Assembly: GCA_964016885.1 (NCBI GenBank)
Contig: OZ024745.1
Location: 71,548,001-71,612,000, forward strand
Reading direction: 5' to 3'
DNA: 64,000 nt
Origin: Eledone cirrhosa
Lineage: Eukaryota
Shown: piece after piece, positions 12,959 through 26,577 of the stretch
Numbering within the stretch: the first letter of the stretch is position 1
How the letters are laid out: each line of letters starts with the position of its first letter
Notes under the pieces: generated by a model
Told to the model about the DNA's origin: nothing
What the model saw: only the letters and a program-made list of their open reading frames with translations
Databases searched by the model: none
Made by a program: the position numbers and the translations under genes

Positions 12959-13708
12959 CTCCCAAGGATGACCTGAAAGTAAGCTGTCCTCAATAACACA
13001 TTTAGCTAAAGCACACAAGTTTTCAGTGTCCAGACGTCCACTGGTATCACTTTTTGATTTCTTAGTCCTGGGTCTTTGGATCTGATAAAGGAGTTCTGGA
13101 TGATCTCTTTGAAACAATGGATGGTAATACTCATAGGTCAAATGCCTTTTGTCAGAAGTTTCCTCTTGCCCAGAGTTCAGTACGTGATCGTAATAATCCA
13201 TCTTATCACAGCTAACAAGATCAGCCGAGACACTGTTGCCTTGTCCTTGAGAATTTGCTTTATCTGATGCATATTTGAATGATTCAACTGCTGAATCATA
13301 ACCATCCTGATAGATATTCTTTTTTCTTTCTGTTTTCCGGCTGGCTAATATCCGAGACATTTTGCGGAAACCATACATGTTCAATTGGCGGATAAAGCTT
13401 CTAAAGTTTTTTGTTTTAAAAGACCAGAAATATACTGATTCATTAGAGGCCATTGGTACCAAAAGAAATGGCGATTTCTGCGGTATGTTCTCTATTGAAG
13501 CAGCTGATGAGTTTTGCGATGATGGTTTTAATGATGTTGCTAAATACTGATTTTCAAAATCAGTCTTGTTGATACGAATAGAACAGCCATCAGCTCCCCA
13601 TGAAATGGCTCCAGTCTGGCAATGATTGGTGATCCGCCAAAGTTTCACTGGGAACCGACTAACAACTCGGTCACTAACAGACTGCTTCAATGGTAGAAGT
13701 TTTGGCAT
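12959..13708 (-). CDS. HSF5-like heat shock factor, first coding exon (HSF-type winged-helix DNA-binding domain, about 13654-13073)
   Basis: Translation contains FPVKLWRITN..AISWGADG..FENQYL, FKTKNFRSFIRQLNMYGFRKM and EYYHPLFQRDHPELLYQIQR, the HSF DBD signature. FP.KLWR and FKT.NF.SFIRQLN.YGFRK are closest in style to HSF5. Acceptor tctttattttcag precedes 13727, ATG is at 13708, and donor GAG|gtaatc follows 12959 (phase 0). Confidence 0.88.
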
Positions 13709-13904
13709 TTCGGTTTCCTTTTCTATACTGAAAATAAAGAAATCAATATATAAATCAAGTGGGTGTGTATACATCATCATTTTATGTTTATACATACATG
13801 CATAGCTAGACAGACTAAAATAAGTTAGTTTTACTGATATAATGTCCCCCCACAACATTTTGTCACCATATATAGGTGGATAGTATATTTTGAGTTCATC
13901 CCGT

Positions 13905-14274
13905 CTTTGCTACTTAATCGAAAGATAAGATTTCAAATTTAAGGATGGACAAATGTTCAAAATAAAAGAAAATTTCACCTGCAACTTGGAAAACCTAATC
14001 TATGTGATTACATGCTGTGGATGTCTGCAAAATTACATAGGGCAGATGGGGGATTTCCTTATGCAAAAGAATGACCATATACCGCCAACAAATCTATAAT
14101 GAAAACATAAGAAATATCCCCGTAAGCAGCCACATTACAGCATATGCAGGATTAGATATACCCAACTTCAAAATTTTCCCACTCTACAAATGTTCAGACT
14201 CTTTCACTCAACAACAGAAAATAAATAAAGAAAAACAATTCATTAAAAAATATAAACCAAAATTAAATATGTAA
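13905..14274 (+). mobile_element. Penelope-like element fragment, GIY-YIG endonuclease
   Basis: Reads FKFKDGQMFKIKENFTCNLENLIYVITCCGCLQNYIGQ, then a frameshift, then RMTIYRQQI..PVSSHI..KEKQFIKKYKPKLN*. This is the typical PLE GIY-YIG C-terminus. A probable 3'UTR continues to about 15100. Confidence 0.85.
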
Positions 14275-16112
14275 TTGTCCCCATTAAACTATAAATAGTG
14301 ATCTATGAATGGGAATAAGCAATTTACACACACCTGTGTGCAAACATTTGCAACCACACACATACACCAGAAGATAAAAGGGAAAATCATAACACCAAGG
14401 AAACCTCTAAACACCTTTTTCCTTCCCCTCTTTTTGTTCTCTTCCTTCCTTTCTCTCTCTTTTCTTTATTTCCTGTTTTATTTACTTATTTATTTTTTAT
14501 TTATTCTTTTTTTTTCTTCTCTTCTTCCACCAATCCTTCAGAAACCCAACCTCTGCACCACCACCCCAGGTCCCCTTTCAACCATGTTTATACCTATATT
14601 TGTATTTATATTTTTATCCTTGCTTTTATCTGCAAACCCTAAAAATAATCTTGATCACTTGACACACATACCACAAGACACAAGAAAATGTCTATATCCA
14701 CTCTTAGCTTTTTCCAGCTACTATACAAACCCAGAAAACACTGACTTTTTGATACAATTGTACCTCATCTAAATACCCACACAAAAAAAACACACATTAA
14801 AAATGCCACCAAGACCATTATTATAATAAAAGCATTTTCTATTTTTAACCAAGTAAATTCAATTGAATTCTGACCTGTTGAACACCCACTTCCACCTTCA
14901 TAAAGAACATATATATATGAGGAAATTTTGACAGAGAATTCCTATATATTCAAATATATGAAAAAAACCTTTCTTAATATTTAATATTTTGTAAGATTGA
15001 TATACCAATCGAAACCAGTTATATTTAATGTAACAATTATCAGATTAAAGAAAAAAATAACCCTTAAATATACTGTGCTTTTTCACTTATACTTTTTAAC
15101 CTTTGATTTGTATGGAACTGTATCCCTTTTTCAAATATATATGAGTGTATTTGTATAGGTAGACACTGTAAAGAAGCCCATTGTATATGTATGTATATAT
15201 GTATCATCTTCATCCTTATCACCATCATTATACGTTTTCCATACTGGTATGGCTAGAATGGGTTGACACAATCTGAGACAAGAACGGTTAGAGAACCAGA
15301 TCTTGCCCATATATTCCATCTTTTGACATGATTTATATGGCTCGATGCCCTTCCTAATACCAACCAATTTACAGAGTGTACTGCATACATATTATTATAA
15401 CACTCGCACTAGCATTTTACAGAGTGGACAGGGTGCTTTTTATTGCAGTCAATAAATAAAGTACCAGTACTGGGATCAATTCTCTCTCTCTACTTCTCTG
15501 GAAAAAATCAACTCTGTTTCGACCTGGAGACTGATGTGTTAAGCCAGGTTTTAAATTATTGAAACAAGCTATGTCAGAACGGCGCCCCTATGATTCCATC
15601 AAAAGTTAAGAGCCTTTTGACAGAAAGTTATAGATTTGTGGGCAGGTGATTGTCGATTGTATAGACGCTAGTACTTGATTAGTACTTATTTTTACTGGAA
15701 AGATGAAAATTTAACCTAAGCAAGATTCAAACTCAGAAAAATAAAATGATGTAACTAAATTTAAATATCATTATTAAGGTGGCAGGAGAGGGCGGTGGAT
15801 TGACAGTATATGTAAAGCGCCTGACAAAATGTTTTGCAGCATATAATTATGACCCTTTACGTTCTGAGTTCAAACCCCACCGAGGTTAGCTTTGCTTTTC
15901 ACTTTTACAGGCTCGATAAAATAAAGTACTAGTAATGCACTGGGATTGATTTAATCGACTTTCCTCTTCCCTTCAAATTTCAGGCCTTGTGCCTATAAGA
16001 GAAACCTTTATTATGAACATTGGCAATCGTTGGAGCTTCGGACAAATCCATAGCAATATTTTTCCGGCTCTTTACGTTCTAAGTTTAAATCCGAATGACT
16101 AACTTCATCCCT

Positions 16113-18310
16113 TATAATAATGAAATTATTGTGTAGAGTGCTCAGGTGCACTACAACTTGTCAAAGGTGCATGTATAGTACATAGAATAATACACAAATG
16201 TCAGGGAAGGGAATAGTGTACGAGTCATGATATACATGTGTGTATGTGCATGGAGGGGGAATATTAGTTGTAGTGTTTGCGAATCTCGGGAAGCATGGAG
16301 GCCTTAAAGGATGCAGTGTCTCGACAGCTAACAACCGATGCAGGTAGTTTGTTCCATGCTTTAGCAACTCTGAGCGTGAAAAAATGTTGCCGAAAGTCAT
16401 GGGAACTGTGCTGTTTTCTGACTTTGTGGGCATGCCCACATGTGTTAGACACATGGAAATCAAAAAGGTACTCAGGGTTGTTGTTGGCAAGATGGTTAAC
16501 AATTTTGTGGGTGTTTACCAAGTCAGTTGCCAGGCGTCGGAGCTTCAATGTATCCATGCCCAGGGAAGCAAGGCGCTCAGAGTATGGTAGATGCCTGATG
16601 GGGGGTATTCGCTTGGTTGCACATCTCTGAACAGTTTCCAGGCGGTCAATGTTCTGAGCAAGATAGGGGTTCCAGACTGGTGATGCAAATTCTAAGTGTG
16701 GCTGCACCATAGCTATATACAGCTTTAAATAGATAGCTGGAGAGCGGCTGACAAAGGTCTTGCTGAGTGATGCTAAGACATCCTCAGCCCTCTTGACAAT
16801 TTTAGAGACGTGCTTCGTCCAACGCAAATCGCTGCTGACCATAATGCCCAGGTCACGTTCACAAGAAGACTTCTTGATATTAGTGCTGTGGAGGGAGTAT
16901 GTGGACGCTGGGTTTTTACTCCCAAAATGCATGGTGGTGCACTTGTCCACAGCTAGCTTGAGTTGCCAGTCTGAGATCCATTGTTGCATTGTGTCCAGGT
17001 CAGACTGCAAGCAAGATCTATAGTGTTCAGGATCTGTCCTTTTTATCTCAAGGTACAGCTTGATGTCATCTGCGTACTTTAGTACTGTGGAATTCTTTAA
17101 GTTGGCATCTATGTCATTAATATATGCCACAAACAAAAGTGGGCCAAGAACAGATCCCTGTGGTACACCAGATGACATCTCATATGGTGAGGAATGCTGC
17201 CCCAGAACTGTGAGTACCTCTTTTCGACTGAGAATGAAGGACTTCAACCAGTTAAAAAGATCATCCTTCACACCCATTGCAGAGAGTTTTGCAATAAGCC
17301 TTTTGTGTGACACAGATGTGAAAGCTTTCACAAAGTCAAGGTAAACAACATCCACCCATGAGCCGCCATCAGTGATCCGGGTGATGTCTTCAAGAAACTC
17401 GATAAGTTGATCACAGCAGCTGGAGTTGGGGATAAATCCAAATTGCGAGGGCCGGATAAGACTGTGAGAGTTCCAGAAGTTCCAAAGTGTTTCTCTGACA
17501 CAGGATTCCATCAGTTTGGCAATGCAACTACTAAGACTGACTGGACGATAGTTCACAGGTGATGTGCGGTCACCCTTTTTGAACAGAGGAATGACACTGG
17601 CAGTTTTCCACTGTTCTGGAATAGCATCGTTGTTCAGACAGAATTGGAAGAAGCATGATAACCGGTGCAGAAGGAAGTACCCACAACGTTTAAGAAGCAG
17701 GTACGTAACACCATCAAGACCAGGAGAGGCATGGTTGCGTTTATTTTTTAGGTGATGTCGCAGCATTGCAGGTGTAAATTCCATGGTTGTAATAGAGTCC
17801 GGTGTCATAGGTGGTGGAGATGGTACACTCTGGTCTTCAATAGTGAAAATGCCTGCATATCATTCAGCAATGAGCTCTGCGCATTCTTTGGGGTCGTCAG
17901 TAACCTGGCTTGTGTGGGGATTGTGAAGAGGACCAACTGGAGAGTGAGGCCTCTGCTTTGAGTGAACTTACTTCCAGAACACCTTACTGTCAGGGTTGGT
18001 TGCTATGCGCTGCTCAAATTGAAGCACTGCCTTTTTTCTCACCTGTTTGAGGAGGTTGGACGATCTATTTCGCCTCTTCCTATTAATGTCTGATTTGTGA
18101 AGTTTGTACTCACGTTCAGCATTGCGACGTTCTTTTCTGGCAACACGAACTGCTGCAGTCTCCCAAATTGCACTTTTGGGATGTTTTTTCCGCTTACGTG
18201 GCACTGATGCTGCACATGCTGTCCATATTGAGCTCAGGATGTTCTGGAGTACAGTATTGACATCTCCAGAGTCGTAGAACTCAAGCCAGTTTGGCCGTTG
18301 CAACTCGGTA
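16113..18310 (-). mobile_element. 5'-truncated CR1/L2-type LINE, reverse transcriptase nearly intact
   Basis: Motifs SPGLDG, PLFKKGDR..NYRPVSL, YLDF.KAF, SGVPQGSVLGPLLF, YADD and RDLGI are present. ORFs 18339-17968 and 17808-16264 share a frame, split by one stop. The 3' end reads tagtgcacctgagcactctacacaataatttcattatta. No endonuclease domain. Confidence 0.93.
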
Positions 18311-19110
18311 CATTTATCTATCGATAAATTAAGTACCAATCAAATACTAGGGACGATATAATCAACTTTTCCCTCTCTAAAATTACCGATACCGTGTTTA
18401 AAGTAGAAATTATTATTAAGGTGGTAGTAGTTTAGAAGAAAAAAGAAAAACTGGGAAAAAATAAAAGAACTGCAGCATTGAATTATGTCCCTTTAAATTC
18501 TGTGCTCAAATCTTATAGAGGTTAACTCTGTTTTTCATAACATCCAAAATCTAAATAAGTAACAATTATTTTTAAAAAATAGAGTAAATAAATAAAAGGT
18601 TTGGGCACTTCTATCATTACCTTATCGTATTACTCAAATACTCTAGGATGATGATCAAATCGTTAGCTCATCGGACGAAATGTTCTACGGCATTTAGTAA
18701 CGGTTCTTTATATTCTGAGTTCAAATTCTTAACAGGATCAATAAAATAAACTACCAGTAACGCACTGAGGTTGGTTTAATTGACTTTCCCCTTCCACAAT
18801 ATTGTTGGCTTCGTCACTAAATCATATCACAGAGAATAGGGTCTTAGGATTTACCTGACCAAAACATCTATAAATGTTATTGAGACCCTTCTGTTGTTAT
18901 GTCGGTGAACGGGAAAAAAAATTTGACTGGTGAAAAAGTTTAAACAGGAATTTAGGTGTTTTTTTTTTGTCTTTATAGATATCAGTTACCAGTATTTCTA
19001 CATTTTTTGAGTCGATATTGAAATTCAGCAGAGGTATATTTTGCATGATTGTAGATGACGATTACGTTTTTTTTTTATTTTAAATTCTCAATTGTAGAAA
19101 TATTACGTCG

Positions 19111-19380
19111 TGGAAATGCCTAAACAGACTAAGATCTGGTGTTGGACGTGCAAAAATCACTCTTGCAAAATGGAGATGTTTAAAGGATGGGGACGTTGTG
19201 TGTGACTCCAGCATCGAACCACAGACTACGCAGCACCTCCTGATATGCCCTTTGCTGGTACACCCTTGCTCAGCATTGGACTTGGCAGAATTTAATTAGA
19301 AAGGACAGCAATGTGTTCAGCTGTGGCGGAACCACATCAAGCCAAGCTTTGTAACTGACACTCTTGTAGACACAAGAAGA
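19111..19380 (+). mobile_element. Vingi/Ingi-like LINE 3' fragment
   Basis: Translates as WKCLNRLRSGVGRAK..LAKW..CD..QTTQHLLICP..C..LDL, a CCHC-type C-terminus, and ends in gacacaagaaga. Confidence 0.7.
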
Positions 19381-19490
19381 TTACCAACATGAAATTGGAA
19401 GGCATGATGAAACAATTTCCGAGTTTACGATTAGTCAACTACAAATACAGATCGAAAGTATTCACTAAATAAAAATATTATCGATCAGGA

Positions 19491-19815
19491 GTCTGGGACG
19501 CCACAGTCAGTTACTCTTTTGCTTCCTCCAACATCAGGGATGCTGCGGTAAATGTGAAGGTCACTTGCTTCCGTTGCCGAACGAAATAAAATCCTAAAAT
19601 ACCGGGAACTATCAAATAACTAGTTTTCCAGCCTGTGGTGTTCAAGACGTTTGGTGCAGCTGGGCCGCTGATAGCGAAGTTCTTGTCATCGTTGGCGGTT
19701 CGGCTCGCTTTACTGAGGTATCGGGTGATGCTTGTGAGGGTGCCTGGTTGTTTCAGCGTCTTAGCCTTGCCATCACCCGCGGTAATGCTACTACCGTGTT
19801 GACTCTTGGGGTATG
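19491..19815 (+). mobile_element. CRE-like (restriction-like endonuclease) non-LTR retrotransposon 3' fragment; second piece at about 25941-26035
   Basis: Frameshifted VWDATV..AE..K..KY..FQPVVFKTFGAAGP..FL..GD..EGAWLFQRLSLAITRGNA. Confidence 0.7.
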
Positions 19816-21825
19816 CGGCCGATTGTTTTTGTTTATTTGTTATTTTCTATTCTCTTGTTTTAATCATATATGTTTGTGCATTATACTTGTGAGATTCATA
19901 GCAATAATTAATTGTATTTATTATATGTGTTAATATTTTCATTCTAATAATGATAGTAAAAAAAATTTTATTTTTATATTAATATAATCTTCACCTTCGA
20001 AATCGTAATTCTACAAAATGTATACCCCCCCCCCCCCCCAATCATTATTTAGAAAGTTATGAGAAAATAAAGTCGGGGAGGTAATTATTTTTTTCTTGAA
20101 CATGAAAAACATGATGCGTATGAGAGTTGAAAACTGTATCAACAAACTTCGTTGGTACATGACCTAAAGAATTGGAGAAGAGAGTTGACACTAATAAATA
20201 GGTAAATTCCAATACAGAGCTGAAAACTAATATGCCACAAAATAGCCTATAATATTTGTTCCGGTTCTTCACCATGAATTCGAATCCCACCTAAGATAAC
20301 TAAAATATCTTAAAATAAAGTAACTGTTAGAGCATCGAATGAAATGCCTTGCAATACTTATGTGATAGACTTAATTCGCTGCCAACATGGATGTGTTTAG
20401 TGAAGTTCACAGTCTTGGAAGCCCTGAAAAGTCATGGGAACGGCTCTGACCAAACAGTAAAATATATATATATAATATATAGTTATGTTATATATATATA
20501 TATATTCCATGGCTCCTATCAATTACTCTATAAACCAAGAGCGCCCAGTCTTTTAAATACTACAAGCTATGTTTTCCGAACATCATGTCACTGATAACTC
20601 AAAATGGAATCCGTATAGGCGCGTTTTAAATAGGGCGGTACCCATCCCTTTCTATTATAGTTCAGAATATAGTTCGGCCTATTTGAGAGAGGAAGGGGGA
20701 AGAATCGGTCAGTACTGGTATCTTATTTGTCGACACAGAATGAATGAAAGGTGAAGTTGGCCCGTCGTGATTTGAACTCCGAGAGCCCGAATGGATACCG
20801 CAAAGCAATCTATTCGACGCGCTAACTACTCCGCCAATTCACCGCTTCACATGAACCGTGTTTAATTCCCTTAGAACTCAATGTCCAACGAGGATATTGT
20901 TCGCGAATTTATGTAATAAAAAGAATTTTTAGTTTTCTCTTACATATCCCTGAACTGACATTATAATTTAGTGGGGTTGTTATTTTACTTATAATCACAG
21001 GCATTCCTACCAGGACCATCCTGCCTTTTTTCAGCCATTATATATCTAGGACTACCTTATCCATTGTATCATTCTATTTTTTAATGATAAAGTCTAGCTG
21101 AAGTATTTGAGGGACATTTGGCTGTTATTGCTAGCAGGTCGAGTGACTACATAGAAGATCCCTCGTTTGCTTGTCGGGGAAACATTTGGTGAATGGGAAG
21201 TTGTAAATTCTTGCCTTTCTCCAAGACCATTAGTGAAAGTTGTTGTTTGGCCCCCAAGTCGACCTTCGTTGAGCATAACCATCCCATTTTGTTAGAGGCA
21301 TCTAAGGCATTATTATCTATTGCGTCCTTCCATGCCAGAGACGGTGGGGTTTCATTTGGCGGAGATATAGCTGTTATTTCTAGCAGGTCGAGCAACCATA
21401 TGGAGGATTTTTCATTGGTTCATATAGAAACTAGGTCGAATATTCTGGTTGCTAGGAGCTTAAGGCTTATTATATGTAATATATTTAAGTTTACATCTCG
21501 AAATTGCGTACCTGGATAAAGGAAAACCAGTCGCCTGTGATGTTGACAGTTAGCAATAATAAAAACTAGGTAAAGTAGTGTTGCACCTGAATAAAACTTA
21601 ATAATCTTAGAATTTTTTTTCTCACACAATGGCACAACGTCACAAATTATTAGGGAAGTGGTATAATCAATTGGTTGGAAATCTAGGATATACTGGTGTT
21701 TATTTTATCCAATAAAAGTCGGAAGAAACTCTCAGGAGAGTTGGACAGCAGAAGGTCTTCAGAGACGAAACCCCCTCAAGTAAGTGTTCCGGCCCTTAAC
21801 TTAATAATTAAAGAAAAATACTTAC

Positions 21826-22200
21826 TGCTTTACTCTTCGTAAAACTTTTTCGTTTTTTTTTTTCCTTTTGTGAGCAGAATTAGAATCTCAATTGCATTAA
21901 TTAATAACAAAGAAAATTATTCAGAATAAAGACCTAACATAGAGAACACCAAAATGTTGATTCAATATCAAAGACGACGTGACTTTAAAAAAGAATTTAT
22001 CCCTTCTACGGATATTCTGTCTTCTTCGATAATGTCTTCTTAAAAATAGTAAAAAAAAATTTTTCCTGTGTGGAACGCAAGAGGATCGAAACGCCGTCTC
22101 TGGATCTGCCTTCACGTGCTCGGCTCTACTACGAAAGGCCGCGGCTGGTGACATCAGCGTCTCATTCAGTGGATGGAGAACGCCGCTGAGTCATAAAAAT
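21826..22200 (-). promoter_or_regulatory. CpG-retaining promoter and probable non-coding first exon of the HSF5-like gene
   Basis: GC/CpG-rich patch at about 22070-22230 with CACGTG and TGAGTCA motifs. A consensus donor GCA|gtaagt lies on the minus strand at 21826/21825. No in-frame ATG upstream. The TSS position is approximate. Confidence 0.45.
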
Positions 22201-22279
22201 GGAGAGGAAGAAATAGCGAAATGACAGCGTAAGGGTTGACCTATTCGTGACTATTGTATTTCTGATGAAATACACTCTA

Positions 22280-22467
22280 CAAAGGTCGGATGAAAAGTTC
22301 ATAGGCTGACCAAAATGCTCTCATACAATGACAAATGTTTATCTTTCAACATAGTCCCTGGAAAGAAACAATGCTGTTATTAATAAGAAGAGTTGAAATT
22401 AATAAATGCAAGATTTCACAGCGCTAGCGTTACTCCTTCATACAGCCTATGAACTTTTCAGCCAACC

Positions 22468-22471
<4 letters not shown>
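22280..22471. mobile_element. Mariner-derived MITE
   Basis: Imperfect TIRs of about 29 bp (c/t.agg.t.gg.tgaaaagttcataggctg) with TA on both sides. Confidence 0.75.
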
Positions 22472-22504
<33 letters not shown>

Positions 22505-23364
22505 CAATTAATTAATGAAGAATTTTGAGGGATTTACTAAAATGAATAATTATTTCGAAAGTGACTTAACATGGTTTTTATATAAAATTATATTGAAATA
22601 TTCTAATTTAAATAGGAAACTTTTAAAATGGGTGTTTTTGTTTCGTAAAAGGGGTGAAACGGTTTGATCAATTCTGTTGATAAAATAATTAAATAACGGT
22701 CAAAATGCAATAAGCGAGAGTAAAATTCGGTGAAAATGAGCCATATCTAACATGATAATGGGCCAAATATTTTTTTTTCTTCCGTAAAAGAGTTAGATTT
22801 GCACTTTTATACATTCATTTTGCTTTTGTGTTCTTTTAATTTGTTTTGGTTTTATTCGTTTCTTTAATTACAAACATTTAATCAAAACATGCAGTACATG
22901 AGATTGACTGATTTTACTTTCATTAGGGTTTTGCCAAATAACTCAGAAGAGGGCCATATTAATCAGGTCAACTTTGCAGGGTTGATATTATCGTCTTTCC
23001 CCTCCCCACTGAAACGACTGGCCTTGTGCTTAAACCAGAAACTATTAATAATACTTTTTATTTTTTTCGTTTGAGAAAATAAGGCTTCGATGTTTCGGAA
23101 TACACACCGGTCTTAAACAAAACTCTCTGTGATTTTCTCAGAAGCGTACCGTGGAGTGTCAATTTTCGGCCAACTTTGGTTAAGGCTGGCATTATGGTAC
23201 GGTACAAAATACTCGGGGAAGAAACCTCTTCGGCGTAGCCTTTTTGTGCATTGCTATTAAATCCTTTATATACGTGGAGTCGAAAGTATGTTGCATTTAA
23301 AGAAGGGGGGCGGCAAATTTGGCTACCGCACAGGGCAACTAAAACCCATACTGCACCACTGGCT

Positions 23365-23630
23365 TTATACCATATCAGATGCATTTCTCTCGATTCACCC
23401 TCAATTTTTCTACGCCAAGTGTTCTTTGGTCGCCCGGGCTTCCGTGGGATGTCCATCTTTATGTTACATTTGGTATCCTGTCCTGGTCCATTCTAAGTGA
23501 GTGGCCTTGCCTCCTCCCGAGCCGCCAGCGTTTTATTTCAAGGACCACACTCCTCTACCAAATCAGGATAAAAGAATCATGCATGATAGAGGCACCCTAT
23601 GAGATGGAATGATTGATGCAACAGATATCG
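23365..23630 (-). mobile_element. RTE-clade LINE 3' fragment
   Basis: Frameshifted GHSLRMDQDRIP..RKPGRPKNTWRRKIEGE motif. Confidence 0.7.
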
Positions 23631-24678
23631 TTGGTTATTCTTTGTGACACCGACCTTTCCACCTTGTCTGTAATCAGTAACTGGGATATGTTGTTCAACA
23701 AACGTTGTGGGTTTGTTCGCTTGCTTTTTACTATAAAATAGGCTTCACATGATGCTTTATATAATTTCATATTGTATACTAAAAAAAAATATTAAATATA
23801 TAAATTGTAATAAAATGCAAAAGTACATTATTGAATATATGACTTCGACATATATTTTAACAACAGTTACCAGTACCGGATTTATTGGGAGGGGGGGGGG
23901 GTGAAACAATTGTCCCGGGTCCTCCGCTGCTAGGGGGCACCACCACCGACAGCCGTAACAATTTATTTGTACCCTCAGTTGGGCTTTTTAGTTTTATCCA
24001 TTTAACAACGAGGACTATTTCTAACAAAAAGTATTTAATGTCCTTACTGTGATAATCATAACATTTTTAAAAAGTTAGAGTTATCAAATGTGTCCTCAAA
24101 GAACTGACCATCCCTGTAATATTTGGCGTTCTCACATAGTTACTGAGGTCGCTTTGACATAATCAAAGTGAGACTTATGTATGTTTCTTATTCATAAACA
24201 TATTGTATATTCTTCTGTCTACGCCTCTATTTTTATATATACTTCCATTGATTGTCCCATGTTTTTTTTGTTTTTTTGTCAGCACCATCTAGTCTTCTCC
24301 AAGAGATTTAACCGCTATTTCTAGCGGCTCGTGTAGATCCTCCTTCGTTGGAAGACCTATATTAGTTGTGCCAATCCCGGCTAATATCAACTCTGCCTCT
24401 TTCCAGGATGGAAATCGATTATTATCAACTATTTCTACCGACCTTCCATCTATGTTAGAAATCATTAATTGTTTCTATTTTATCGACCCCGTAAGGATAT
24501 GAACTCAGATCGTAAAGGGACGTAACTACGCTGGAAAGCGTGTCTGACCCTCTACCAATACTGCCAATTCACTGACTGCCCTGTTAGAAATCATTAATAT
24601 TAATACGTATGTGTACACACACACACATATATATGTATATATGTTTAACTCCAACACGCTCCAGTATTTTAACCCTTA

Positions 24679-24754
<76 letters not shown>

Positions 24755-26407
24755 GATAAGATTTACTACTTAAATTACTAGTGCGACTATCTTTCAATTT
24801 TGTATTCGGTACTTTAATGAAAATAGAGGGTAGATATTAGTTTTTACATGCAACCAATTATATAAATACGTATAATATTCGTGTATTTATCCAAGTGATT
24901 TGGGAATGTTCAGCCTAAAATACATTGGCAATATACCCCAATGTTTATATTTATGGTAAAGCAGCAAACTAGCAGAATCCTAAGAACTGTATAGAATGCT
25001 TAGTGGTATTCGTTCCAGTTCTCTGCACCCGTCAAGGTCAACTATAATAATTGTACTCTTATGATAAAATACATATATATTATTTTATCTTTGTCATATA
25101 CAATTTATATAATTTAAGCTGGTGTTTGGAACATAACTTACGAATTAATTGAACAGTATCTAATAAAAACAAGACATACTATTAAAGGGAACGGAAAAAG
25201 AAGGGAGAAAAGAAAAAGGACCAAGCAACGGAAGAAAGGGAGAGGGACAGTCATTACACCCCAGTCTGAGCGATACCTCAGCCGCGCAAAACGGCAAAAG
25301 CGTTACTGCGGAGAATAGCCAGAAACACCAACTGCAACTGTCACCCCAACTTAACAGAGCTCCCTCCTCAAGCGGGCCGCCATCTTTCCGACTTTTCGGA
25401 GGAAATCAGCAGTTCGGGACCAAGGACGCCAGAGGTCTCGACGGAGACCGGTGCAAAAGAAGCAAATCAACAAAAGAACCAGAAAAGAGATAAAGATATT
25501 AAATTAGATATGTTCATTGAAGTACACAGTCAACAGGGATTGCTGTGTTGCCCATTAAAAATGTTTGAGTTCAAATCCCGCCAAGGTCAACTTTGCTTTT
25601 CATTCTTTCGAGGTCGATAAAAGAAGTACCAGTCCAATACTAGAATCGGTTCTCTCTCTCTAAATTGGTTATGTTCAGACCTGGAGAGAGGGTGGGCTCT
25701 GTCAGGTTTAAAGTTCCAACGACGCTCCTACGACTCCATCAGGAATTACGGTTCCATGCACATATAATAGTAATTAACTTGCAGCAAAATGAATAATCAT
25801 TATTGCTATTATTAAATATTATTGTTTCTACTTTTAGCACAAGGCCAGCAATTACCATAGTGCATTACTGGTGCTTTATTTTATTGACCCCGTAAGGATG
25901 ATAGGCGGGATTTGAACTCAGAACATAAAGGGCTATAACTCTGGGCCGCTGATAACTAAGTTCTTGTCATCATTGGCGGCTTGTCAAACTGACCAATTAT
26001 GTCATGCTTGTGAAGGTGTTTGGCTATTCCAAAGCCGCCTATCTATGATCCTCAGTTAAACCAAGAGTGTTTGTTGGCTTGCCTCTATAAGTTTTAGAGG
26101 GAAACACCAACTTTCCCTGTTGAAATGTGTAATTAATTAAGCGTATACGTTCTTTTTCTCTTGACTTGTTTGTTTTGTAAATCATATATAAGTTGTGATT
26201 ATATGTACAATATGTTTTAATTAATAAATTTAAATTTTATTCATATTTGTCAAGGCCAACTTCCGGGATCGATAAAATGGATTTACAGTCAAATACTGGC
26301 GTTGATTTAATCGATTCTACCTTCCCTTCTAACCGCTGAACTTGTGTCTTAATGCCTTTGCAGTTCTGTCCATTGGGTACAGCCGAGGTACTGAGTCTCT
26401 CGCTCTC

Positions 26408-26523
26408 TCTCTTTGTCCCGCTGCCTAATAGTCCTTGCTCTTTCCCTCATTTTTCTTCACATTTATGACATTTACAGTCTTTTCCACTACTTTTCTATAC
26501 AATCGTATCTGCCCTTCTTTAAC

Positions 26524-26577
<54 letters not shown>

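Noticed and set aside
13709-13858. N-terminal 50 aa of the 321-aa ORF and its tail 12893-12958
   Set aside because: Mostly intronic read-through beyond the acceptor (13727) and donor (12959); 13709-13727 is exonic but upstream of the ATG.
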